Positions 22,399 to 29,806 of a stretch of DNA of 29,806 bases are shown piece after piece. A program made the position numbers and the translations under genes. Under the pieces are notes generated by a model that did no database searches, was not told the DNA's origin, and was given only the letters and a program-made list of their open reading frames with translations. The DNA comes from a virus (Duplodnaviria; Caudoviricetes), in the IMG/VR virus record IMGVR_UViG_3300009184_000142, positions 1 to 29,806 of that record, one strand, 5' to 3'. Each line of letters starts with the position of its first letter. The first letter of the stretch is position 1.

Positions 22399-25166
22399 TG
22401 GCAACGCTTGCTGAAATCAGGGCCGCGCATCCCGAGTACGGCGATATGTCTGACCAGCAGTTGGCAGACGGTCTGCATAGCAAGTTCTATGCAGACATGC
22501 CCAAAGACGAATTTTACAAGAAACTTGGCGTTTCCGCAGAGACTCCTGCCGCGCCCCCGGCGGACGTGCCCGAGTCCATGCTGTCCCGTGCGGGCAACAT
22601 GGTCGAGCAATACGGTTTGTCAAACGCCCGTGCGGCTATGGCGCTTCCCGAAAGCGCCGTTAAATTTGGCAAAGGAATAGTTGAGGCCGTCACCAATCCC
22701 GTCCAGACCGCCGAAACGCTGGGGTCGGCGGCGCTTGGTGCGGCATACAACATCACGGGCATGAAGATCCCGAAAGAGAATCCTTTTGATTTGTCGTCTC
22801 CTGACGACCCAAAGGTCACAAAAGCTATCGAGACGGCAAACGCAATCGGCGGCGACTACAAGAAAGCCTACGGCAGCCTCGACGCTATCAGGAACACTTG
22901 GGAAACAGACCCTGTCCGCTTAATGGGCGACTTGTCTATGCTGCTGGGCGGCGTGGAAGGCGTTGCCGGGCGGCTCCCCGGCGCTGTTAACGCAGACATT
23001 GCGTCCACGGCAGGCAAGGTGTCACGCGCTGTAGACCCCGTCATGCTTGCCGCCAGAGGCGGGATGGCGACAGGGCGCGGCGTAGCCAACATGGCGGCGC
23101 CGTTTGTCAATCCGAAAGCCGTGGCGGGCAACGCTTTGCTGGGGTCCATAGACAACCCCACCGCAGTGCTGAACGCGCTCGCAGCTAGCCAAGGTGCGCG
23201 GGCCACGCCCGGCTACGTCCCGACGTTCGGTGAGCGTCTGGTGGGTGAGGGCGTGTACGAACCCGGCGCAGCAGGGCTGGAAGCCGGCCTCAACACGACG
23301 AACAACCCTGTCGGTCGTAAGGTGTTTGCCCAGCGCCAGCAATCGCTGAACGCACTGAACGATCAATTGGCGCGCATTGAGGACCAGTTGTCCCAGCGGG
23401 CAACTGCGGCTACGCCGCAGGGTTTGCAAGATTTGACCGAGGTGCGTAACCAGCTTCTGCGCCGCATCAGTGAAGAGCAGGCTGCGCTCACCAAGCAGGG
23501 CACCGACCTTGCCGACATTCTCCCCAACACCGGTCAGCGCGAGCCAGGGCAGGCGCTCATCACGCGGGCCGGTGAACTGGAAAAAGGTGTTCGTGCCAAC
23601 GTCATCGATCCGGCGTACAAGGAGGCTTATGCTCTGGCCGGTAGCACGCCTATCGATATCTCTGACGCTGCCGCCGCTGCCGAGAAAATCCTTGGCCGCA
23701 AGTTGTCCGATTTCGATCCCAGCACCGCGCCCCGTACGGTGCAATTGCTGTCGGAACTCGCGCCGGTCACAACGGTAAAGGGTAAGTTTGGCATCACAAA
23801 AACGACCGGTGGCAACGTCACGCTCGAACAGATAGACGACATCCGCAAAGCCATCAACGCGGACATCGCCGAGGCAAAGGCAACGTCGGGTGCAGGCACT
23901 GCAGACATTCAGCGCCGCAATTTGAACCAGCTTCATGCCGTGCTGGATGACGCTATCGCCAAGAGTGGTCTGACCGACGAGGCAAAAGCAGCGTACGCTG
24001 GCGCCCTTAGCAAATTCAAAACTGAAATCGTTGGGCCTTTCAAAACCGGCATCCCTGCCGATCTGCGCCGCACGACGTGGCGGAATGAGCCGGGCGTTCT
24101 TCCCGACGCTGTGGTTCAGAAGTTTCTCGGATCTGAGCGCGGCGCTGAACAGTTTGGCAATCTGTTCAAAGGTGACCCCAAGGCTGCTGCAAACATGGCG
24201 GCGGGCGTCCTCGATCTGTTCCGCTCCAAGGTGATTGACAAGACCACTGGCGCGGTGAACTCCGCAATGGCGGATGCGTTCATTAAACAGTACGGCGACA
24301 ATTTGGATGTACTCCAGCAGGCCGGCATCGACATTCGCGCCGGCATTAACGATGTCCGCAATCAGGCCGCTAAGTTGGAAGGCAAGGCTGGTGAACTGAG
24401 CGACCTACAGGGCGCGCTTAAGGCGCCCGAGACTGCGGTTGAATTGGTGGACGCCGCGTTGAAATCGCCCAAGTTGATGGGCAACGCGATCAGCCGGCTC
24501 GATAAGGCTGGCCGCGCGGCGTTTGGCGGTGAGTTGACCAATCGTGTCCTCGACATGGTCAAAGCAGGCAAGCACGAAGAGGCGCTGAAGTTCTTGACCG
24601 AGAACGAGGACGCACTCCGCACCGGCATGGGCCGCAAGGGCGCGTACGACGATCTGGTGGACATGGCGAACTCTGGCCGCGACCTTGCGGCGGTAGTCAA
24701 GGAGGCCCCCAAGACCATCACGCCTAGCACGGCGCGCGACCTGTCGGCGTTCTCGGATGCAGAGTTGCACGATCTGTCGCTAGTGGCAGAAGACATCCGG
24801 CGCGGCAAAACGGTTGAAGAAATGGCGGGCACCGGCAGTCGTCCTGGCCCAGCCTACAAAGCTGGTTCAGAGGCAGCCAGTGAGATAGGTACCGCAGCGG
24901 GAGACGCCCCGGCGCTCACGAACAGAGTCTATTCGGTGCTTCGTAATATCGGAAAACGCTTCGAGAAACGCATCAACCGCAAGGCAGCAGCGGAACTGGC
25001 GTACGTCATGTACACCAACCCTGACGCGGCGGCGGCGCTCATAAACGAGGCGCTGGCCCGCAAAGGCAAAGCAGCCAGACCGGCGCAAGATCTGCGTGGC
25101 GTCACGGCGGCTGGCGCGGTAACTAATGCAATGGCCCCCGAAAACCAAAATGCGATGGCACAGTGA
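22398..25166 (+). CDS. Large internal virion/ejection protein, 922 aa
   Basis: Synteny; Ala-rich helical; N-terminal P.Y.DMSD.QLAD.LH.KFY module. Confidence 0.75.
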   Translation: MATLAEIRAAHPEYGDMSDQQLADGLHSKFYADMPKDEFYKKLGVSAETPAAPPADVPESMLSRAGNMVEQYGLSNARAAMALPESAVKFGKGIVEAVTNPVQTAETLGSAALGAAYNITGMKIPKENPFDLSSPDDPKVTKAIETANAIGGDYKKAYGSLDAIRNTWETDPVRLMGDLSMLLGGVEGVAGRLPGAVNADIASTAGKVSRAVDPVMLAARGGMATGRGVANMAAPFVNPKAVAGNALLGSIDNPTAVLNALAASQGARATPGYVPTFGERLVGEGVYEPGAAGLEAGLNTTNNPVGRKVFAQRQQSLNALNDQLARIEDQLSQRATAATPQGLQDLTEVRNQLLRRISEEQAALTKQGTDLADILPNTGQREPGQALITRAGELEKGVRANVIDPAYKEAYALAGSTPIDISDAAAAAEKILGRKLSDFDPSTAPRTVQLLSELAPVTTVKGKFGITKTTGGNVTLEQIDDIRKAINADIAEAKATSGAGTADIQRRNLNQLHAVLDDAIAKSGLTDEAKAAYAGALSKFKTEIVGPFKTGIPADLRRTTWRNEPGVLPDAVVQKFLGSERGAEQFGNLFKGDPKAAANMAAGVLDLFRSKVIDKTTGAVNSAMADAFIKQYGDNLDVLQQAGIDIRAGINDVRNQAAKLEGKAGELSDLQGALKAPETAVELVDAALKSPKLMGNAISRLDKAGRAAFGGELTNRVLDMVKAGKHEEALKFLTENEDALRTGMGRKGAYDDLVDMANSGRDLAAVVKEAPKTITPSTARDLSAFSDAELHDLSLVAEDIRRGKTVEEMAGTGSRPGPAYKAGSEAASEIGTAAGDAPALTNRVYSVLRNIGKRFEKRINRKAAAELAYVMYTNPDAAAALINEALARKGKAARPAQDLRGVTAAGAVTNAMAPENQNAMAQ

Positions 25167-25387
25167 TGGAACCTCAAATCCTCTTCAACATCGCTGTCGG
25201 TCTGGCCGGCTTCTTTGGTGGCTGGGCGCTCACGCGCATCTATCACGCCATCGACCAGTTGGACGGGGACGTGCGGAAGATGCCACACGTTTACGTCAGC
25301 AAGGACGACTACAGGTCGGACATTGGCGACATCAAGACGATGCTCGGCAAGATCTTCGACCGTCTGGACAACAAGGCCGACAAATGA
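25166..25387 (+). CDS. Holin-like membrane protein
   Basis: One N-terminal TM helix plus charged coiled tail, directly before endolysin. Confidence 0.6.
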   Translation: MEPQILFNIAVGLAGFFGGWALTRIYHAIDQLDGDVRKMPHVYVSKDDYRSDIGDIKTMLGKIFDRLDNKADK

Positions 25388-25746
25388 TTGAGATCCATCC
25401 TGATCTGATGCGCGTCGTCCAGCGTCTGATCGACGAGGGCGTTGCGTTCAAGGTCATCGAGGGTGTGCGGTCGCTGGAGCGGCAAAAAATGCTGTTTGCG
25501 TCTGGCAAGTCCAAGACCATGAACTCGCGCCACCTGACCGGCCACGCGGTCGATCTGGCGCCTCTGGTGATGGGCCAGATCCACTGGGACTGGCCTGCGT
25601 TCCACATCTTGGCGGCAGCCGTAAAGGCCGCCGCCAAGGCTGAGAACGTGCCCTTGGAATGGGGCGGTGACTGGACTAAGTTTCCTGATGGTCCTCACTG
25701 GCAGCTTCCATGGGCGGCGTACCCAGCCGATCCGCCACCAGCATAG
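25384..25746 (+). CDS. Endolysin, M15 family L-Ala-D-Glu peptidase
   Basis: EGVRS..RQ, SRHLTGHAVD, WGGDW..F.DGPHWQ zinc motifs; start corrected to ATG 25384. Confidence 0.92.
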   Translation: MIEIHPDLMRVVQRLIDEGVAFKVIEGVRSLERQKMLFASGKSKTMNSRHLTGHAVDLAPLVMGQIHWDWPAFHILAAAVKAAAKAENVPLEWGGDWTKFPDGPHWQLPWAAYPADPPPA

Positions 25747-25975
25747 CGTAGCCTGCGATGTCCACCCAACTGTCCGGGTAGTTGGGGTTGCCGTTCATGA
25801 TCCTGCCAATCTTGACCGCGATCATGTCCAGCGCCTCGCGCTGATCCTGCTTCAGCTTGCCCCAGTTCGGCCAGACGCGGTACGCGTCCTTCAACGCCTG
25901 CGAGATGGCGGACAAGTCGGTGAACTTGCCGTAATCCTTCTCACGGTCTGTCAGTGTCTGCGTCACGTCGGTCAT
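25676..25975 (-). CDS. DUF6378-like protein
   Basis: R..DYG.F...KIGRI.NG......DSWVDIAGYA motif; start corrected to MTDVTQ. Confidence 0.85.
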   Translation of the reverse strand: MTDVTQTLTDREKDYGKFTDLSAISQALKDAYRVWPNWGKLKQDQREALDMIAVKIGRIMNGNPNYPDSWVDIAGYAMLVADRLGTPPMEAASEDHQET

Positions 25976-26166
25976 TTCAAGTCCCTTCCCATGGTGATGT
26001 TGCGTTGTGCCCTGACCTGATGGTTGGGCCAGGTCCAGCACTCGCCGGTCTTGTCGTCAAAACAGACCCAGAGCAGATCGTACTCAGGCCCGTAGTCCAG
26101 AAGGACGTGCGCCAGCGCCTTGCCATTAGGCGTGGTCAGCGGTATCGGCGGGTTCAGTTGCAACAT
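25972..26166 (-). CDS. Conserved phage hypothetical (MLQLNPPIPL.TP.G...DYG.E..L.W)
   Basis: Recognisable motif; GAGG SD. Confidence 0.8.
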   Translation of the reverse strand: MLQLNPPIPLTTPNGKALAHVLLDYGPEYDLLWVCFDDKTGECWTWPNHQVRAQRNITMGRDLK

Positions 26167-26542
26167 GTTCAAGTCCCTCAATGTGGCGCACCGCGCACAG
26201 GTAATGCCCTGGCCCCCACTGCCAGCAGCCGGGCGCGTGGGTGCCGACGCGCTCCAGCCAATTCTGTTCCCATCGAAGGCACGCGGTCAGGCGCTCGATC
26301 TCGGCCTGCGCCGTTCTGAGATGTTCATTCCAGTGCTGGTTCTGAGCGTACAGTTTTTCAATTTCGGTCTGCGCCTCTTGCAGCGAGGTTTCATGGTGGT
26401 CGCACTGGTCCACCATGTTTCGCAGGCGCTCGATCTCTTCGGCCGCGTCCCCCAACAAGTCGCAGATGCACGTCTTGATCGACATGCACCCGGTGTTTGG
26501 TAGGCACACAGCCTCCTTTAGCCTCATCACGATGTCAGTCAT
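26126..26542 (-). CDS. Hypothetical coiled-coil protein (MTDIV.RL...AAEEIERLR)
   Basis: ORF track; GGAGG SD. Confidence 0.75.
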   Translation of the reverse strand: MTDIVMRLKEAVCLPNTGCMSIKTCICDLLGDAAEEIERLRNMVDQCDHHETSLQEAQTEIEKLYAQNQHWNEHLRTAQAEIERLTACLRWEQNWLERVGTHAPGCWQWGPGHYLCAVRHIEGLEHVATEPADTADHA

Positions 26543-26711
26543 GGTCTGCCTCCAGTTCCTCGATCCGCTTGAGCGCGCCCATCAACTGTTGCTTTAGGTC
26601 GTCAACGGCGTTGTTGATGGCGTTGAGCCGAGTCCGCAGCATCTCGTGCTTTATGTCTTCCCACTCTCGCAATCTGTTCTCTAGACGCGCCATCAGTTCG
26701 TATTCAAACAT
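26535..26711 (-). CDS. 58-aa coiled-coil protein (MFEYELMARLENRLREWEDIKHEMLRTRLNAINNAVDDLKQQLMGALKRIEELEADHD), not in ORF track
   Basis: Manual translation; AAGGAG SD; fills the gap between neighbours. Confidence 0.7.
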   Translation of the reverse strand: MFEYELMARLENRLREWEDIKHEMLRTRLNAINNAVDDLKQQLMGALKRIEELEADHD

Positions 26712-26890
26712 TTCATGATCTCCTTTCTCTCGCGCTTCGCGCGCAGGATGCAGTAACGCTGGTGCAAGATCCGCAGCGCGGTGCGCCGGGGGTGCTGGCT
26801 AACCATCTCCTCTTCAAGCAACTCCTTGACGCGATCCTCACCCAGTACCTGGCACGCATCCGCCAGTACCCTTATGCCTTTGAACGCCAT
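26693..26890 (-). CDS. Conserved phage hypothetical, 65 aa (R..LRILHQRY..LRA.RER)
   Basis: AGGAG SD at corrected start 26890; typically follows the helicase. Confidence 0.75.
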   Translation of the reverse strand: MAFKGIRVLADACQVLGEDRVKELLEEEMVSQHPRRTALRILHQRYCILRAKRERKEIMKCLNTN

Positions 26891-28173
26891 GCCTTTAACT
26901 CCTCTATGGCTAGGTTGGACATGTCGCGCTTGTCTTGCAGCGCGTCCCACATACGCTCGTCGATGGTATCGTTGGACAACAGCGCGTAGCACCACACGGG
27001 TTTGGTCTGACCTCCCCGGTGCAGCCGGCCCACAGTCTGTTCGTACAGTTCCAGCGACCACGGCAGCGACATGAACACCATGTGGTGCCCGCCGTGTTGG
27101 AGGTTCAGGCCGTGGCCGGCGCTCTTGGGGTGGATCAGCAGGATCTCGATCTCGCCCGCATTCCACTTGTCGATGGCGCCCGGCATGTCCACGGTCCACG
27201 CGTGCGGGTACGTCTCGCGCAACTGTTCCAGTTCAGCCTTGAAATTGTAGACGATGATGGTGTTGGCGCGCTGGTTGCCATCTAGGATCTCGTTCAGCGC
27301 GTCCATCTTGCCGTGGTCGAGCCATGCCGTGCCCGTCGCACCGTAGGCAAAGCCTGACGCCATCTGCTGTAGTTTGCCCGAGAGCGCCGCGCCGGTTTCT
27401 GCCGTGACCCAGTTGTCGCCCAGTTCCAGCAGCATCTTCTTCCGAAAGTCATTGTACTCATCGATGGTGGACAACGGATTCCACATGGGCACCGCGTGCA
27501 GGGGCGGCAGCTTGTCGGCATACTCGCCAGGCTCCAGCACGTAGGTGACTGGGCGGATGCGCGCCATCACGCTTTCCAGCGCACCCGGCAGCGGCGCGTA
27601 CTGCTTGTGGATGGGGTCTATGCAGAAGAAGTATTGCTGCTGGAACGCGCCCTTCGCCCGGCCCAGCAGCGACATGTCCACGATCTTGCACTGGCCGAAC
27701 ACGTCTTCCAGCCCGTTCGACGTGAACGACCCGGTCAGGCCCCAGCGGACGTTGATGTGCTTGATGGCCTTCTCGATGGCCTTGAAGCGCACGCCGCTGG
27801 GGTTCTTCAGCCGGGTCAACTCGTCAAACACCACGCCGTCGAAGCTGGACAGGTTTGCCCCCACGATGCTGTCGTAGTTGGCCGTGACGATGCAAGCGTC
27901 GGACGCAAACGCCGCCGCGCGCGCGGCGGGCGTACCCACCGCCACGGCTACGGCAGGCTTGCCCCACTTCTCAGCCTCGACCGGCCAGACGCTCACGCAC
28001 ACGCGCTTGGGCGCCAGCACCAGCCACCGCTTGACCAATCCCTGGCCCAGCATGTCGGCCATAGCGGCCAGCGTGATGGCCGTCTTGCCAGCGCCCACGG
28101 GCGCCAGCACCATGGCCCGGTCGCGCTCGAACAGGAAGTCCGCCGCCTCTTCCTGATAGGGTCTTAGTTCCAT
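26872..28173 (-). CDS. SNF2-family (SF2) DNA helicase
   Basis: LRPYQ, GAGKT, VFDEL, LTGS, SAGHGLNLQ, Q..GRLHR.GQ motifs. Confidence 0.95.
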   Translation of the reverse strand: MELRPYQEEAADFLFERDRAMVLAPVGAGKTAITLAAMADMLGQGLVKRWLVLAPKRVCVSVWPVEAEKWGKPAVAVAVGTPAARAAAFASDACIVTANYDSIVGANLSSFDGVVFDELTRLKNPSGVRFKAIEKAIKHINVRWGLTGSFTSNGLEDVFGQCKIVDMSLLGRAKGAFQQQYFFCIDPIHKQYAPLPGALESVMARIRPVTYVLEPGEYADKLPPLHAVPMWNPLSTIDEYNDFRKKMLLELGDNWVTAETGAALSGKLQQMASGFAYGATGTAWLDHGKMDALNEILDGNQRANTIIVYNFKAELEQLRETYPHAWTVDMPGAIDKWNAGEIEILLIHPKSAGHGLNLQHGGHHMVFMSLPWSLELYEQTVGRLHRGGQTKPVWCYALLSNDTIDERMWDALQDKRDMSNLAIEELKAWRSKA

Positions 28174-28868
28174 GACATTATCGCCCGCCCGATCACTTCG
28201 GGGATCTGCGGGACGACCGCGTTGCGAAGCGTATCGACGCGGTCCACCCCGTAGGAAAGCCCATCATCCATTCCTCGAAACTCGCGCAGCGCACTTTCCC
28301 AACCTCTGTCCCACGGAAAGGGTTGGAACTCCCGCCCCACTCGTCTAAGCGTCCCATGACGTGGTTCTTCCGGCCGGAACCCACTCCGCTGGGGGTAGGC
28401 AATGACCCAGACCCGGTCCCGGCGGTGAGGAGCGCCAACGGCGGCAGCGGGTATACAGTGCCATTCCGCATCATACCCGAGCGCAGCGAGGCCCCCGAGG
28501 ATGGTATCCAGTCCGCGAGAGCGAAGGGCGCTGGAATTTTCGACGACGACCCACGCCGGGCGGATCTCGTCGATGAGCCGGTGGAACTCGGACCAGAGGC
28601 CGCTTCGTTCGCCGGCAAGTCCTGCGCCTTTTCCTGCGAGGCTGATATCCTGACAGGGGAACCCACCACAGATGACATCGATTTTCTCCGGCATATCGGC
28701 GGCGGTGAGCGCCGTCACGTCTTCAAAGATGGGCACGTCGGGCCAGTGCTGGCGCAGTACCAGCCTAGCGTGGGGATTGATTTCGCAGAACGCAGCGGTC
28801 CTCATCCCCGCGCGCTCCAGCCCCAACGAGAAACCCCCGATCCCGCTGAACAAGTCTAGGACAACCAT
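28164..28868 (-). CDS. C5-cytosine DNA methyltransferase, large (alpha) polypeptide
   Basis: Motif I DLFSGIGG, IV GGFPCQDIS, VI VVEN, VIII HRRDRVW, X-like LRNAVVP; motif IX absent. Confidence 0.92.
   Translation of the reverse strand: MVVLDLFSGIGGFSLGLERAGMRTAAFCEINPHARLVLRQHWPDVPIFEDVTALTAADMPEKIDVICGGFPCQDISLAGKGAGLAGERSGLWSEFHRLIDEIRPAWVVVENSSALRSRGLDTILGGLAALGYDAEWHCIPAAAVGAPHRRDRVWVIAYPQRSGFRPEEPRHGTLRRVGREFQPFPWDRGWESALREFRGMDDGLSYGVDRVDTLRNAVVPQIPEVIGRAIMSWN
28193..28678 (-). CDS. Nested +1-frame ORF, putative beta polypeptide of the methyltransferase
   Basis: 161 aa, own GGAG SD 7 nt before ATG; ends with motif IX-like FEEWMMGFPTGWT. Confidence 0.7.
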   Translation of the reverse strand: MSSVVGSPVRISASQEKAQDLPANEAASGPSSTGSSTRSARRGSSSKIPAPFALADWIPSSGASLRSGMMRNGTVYPLPPLALLTAGTGSGSLPTPSGVGSGRKNHVMGRLDEWGGSSNPFRGTEVGKVRCASFEEWMMGFPTGWTASIRFATRSSRRSPK

Positions 28869-29122
28869 GCGTCTACATCCTCCCGTGACCAGACCACCCG
28901 GTAGTTCATGCCCAACTCTTCCATGCGCCGTCCGAACAACTTTTGCAGTGGCGACAGTTTCCCGTCCGGCGCTTTAACCTCGATGAACCACACTACGCCG
29001 CCGGGCAGGCACACGATGCGGTCGGCAACCCCGGCATGGCCGGGGCTGACAAACTTGTAGGCGATGCCGCCCAGCGCCTTCACGCGCACCCGTAGGTACA
29101 CCTCGATGTCTCGTTCTTTCAT
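28856..29122 (-). CDS. VRR-NUC domain nuclease
   Basis: E.DIE, KFVSPG..GVADRI, FIEVKAP.GKLSPLQ motifs. Confidence 0.92.
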   Translation of the reverse strand: MKERDIEVYLRVRVKALGGIAYKFVSPGHAGVADRIVCLPGGVVWFIEVKAPDGKLSPLQKLFGRRMEELGMNYRVVWSREDVDAWLS

Positions 29123-29128
29123 GGGGCC

Positions 29129-29177
29129 ACCCTACCGGAAGATTTTTGTTGACGCAAACATTTTTATAGCAGACAGT
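29129..29177. promoter_or_regulatory. Overlapping divergent promoters
   Basis: Minus: TTGCGT (29157-29152)-17-TAGGGT (29134-29129); plus: TTGACG (29149-29154)-17-GACAGT (weak -10). Confidence 0.5.
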
Positions 29178-29202
29178 CGGCATATCGACAACGAGGGCTG
29201 AC

Positions 29203-29806
29203 ATGCAACATTCAACTATCGTAGGCGGCAGCACGGCCAAGCGGGTAATAAACTGCCCCGGCTCGGTTGCGCTGGTCGCCAAGATGCCGCCGCAACCGTC
29301 ATCGTCCTACGCGGACGAGGGCACCCTGCTGCACGACACTATCGCGCAGATCCTCGACAAGGGCACCGATCCGTCCGAGTATCTGGGCACCGTCTACAAC
29401 GGTGTCGAACTCACACAGGAGTTGATCGACACCAAGCTGATCCCGGCACTGGAGTTGCTGAATGAGATCGATCCTGAGAATATTGCTGAATTTTCAGTCG
29501 AGAACCGGGTCGGTTTTGGTGACCGTCTACCTGGTGTGTTTGGTAGCACCGATCTTTTGTGTCGCGTTGGTAATCGGGCTGTCTGCTTGGATTGGAAATT
29601 TGGGGACGGCGTCACGGTTGAGGCCGAGGAAAACCCACAGCCCATGTTCTATTCCGCCGCCGCCCGTCGCACCAAGGGCTTGGAGTGGTGGCATGAAGGG
29701 GCTGAGACGTTAGAACTGGTAATCATCCAGCCTCCGCACATCCGGCGCTGGACGACTACGTTCGCGCGCATCGACAAGTTTGAGAAGGATCTGGTGCGCG
29801 CGGTGA
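29203..29806 (+). CDS. Cas4-like PD-(D/E)xK exonuclease (DUF2800-like), truncated by window end
   Basis: MQHS..GGSTAKRV.NCPGS, A.EGT.LH, FGSTD, DWKFG.G..V...EN.Q..FY motifs; GAGG SD. Confidence 0.9.
   Translation, partial: MQHSTIVGGSTAKRVINCPGSVALVAKMPPQPSSSYADEGTLLHDTIAQILDKGTDPSEYLGTVYNGVELTQELIDTKLIPALELLNEIDPENIAEFSVENRVGFGDRLPGVFGSTDLLCRVGNRAVCLDWKFGDGVTVEAEENPQPMFYSAAARRTKGLEWWHEGAETLELVIIQPPHIRRWTTTFARIDKFEKDLVRAV

Noticed and set aside
28323-28859. 178-aa plus-strand ORF antisense to the methyltransferase
   Set aside because: No recognisable motif or SD; likely a by-product of the dual-frame constraint on the other strand.
1-29806. tRNA, rRNA, integrase, repressor or att site
   Set aside because: None recognisable by eye; lifestyle cannot be determined from this window.

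Overview
About 30 kb of a GC-rich, P22-like (podovirus-type) tailed phage genome, probably infecting an alphaproteobacterium (inferred from promoter style and gene families). 1-2630: leftward-transcribed array of about 10 very small genes built from three recurring parts: an identical 20-bp ribosome-binding/start element, a covarying stem-loop that starts at the stop codon, and a fixed-geometry promoter with an upstream GCAT-N7-ATGC palindrome. 2630-3130: non-coding control region with a 15-bp tandem palindrome repeat and a G-run/T-run (candidate ori/pac). 3134-25746: rightward late operon: terS, terL, small basic proteins, portal, Dps/ferritin-like protein, scaffold, P22-type coat, head-tail adaptors, fibres, GNAT-fold protein, three ejection proteins, holin-like protein, M15 endolysin. 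25676-29122: leftward replication/early block: DUF6378-like, small ORFs, SNF2 helicase, C5 DNA methyltransferase whose motif IX appears to be supplied by a nested +1-frame gene, VRR-NUC. 29203-end: divergent Cas4-like/DUF2800 nuclease, truncated. The two most notable items are the modular cassette array at the left end and the nested two-polypeptide methyltransferase. Family assignments are by motif recognition only; no searches were run.
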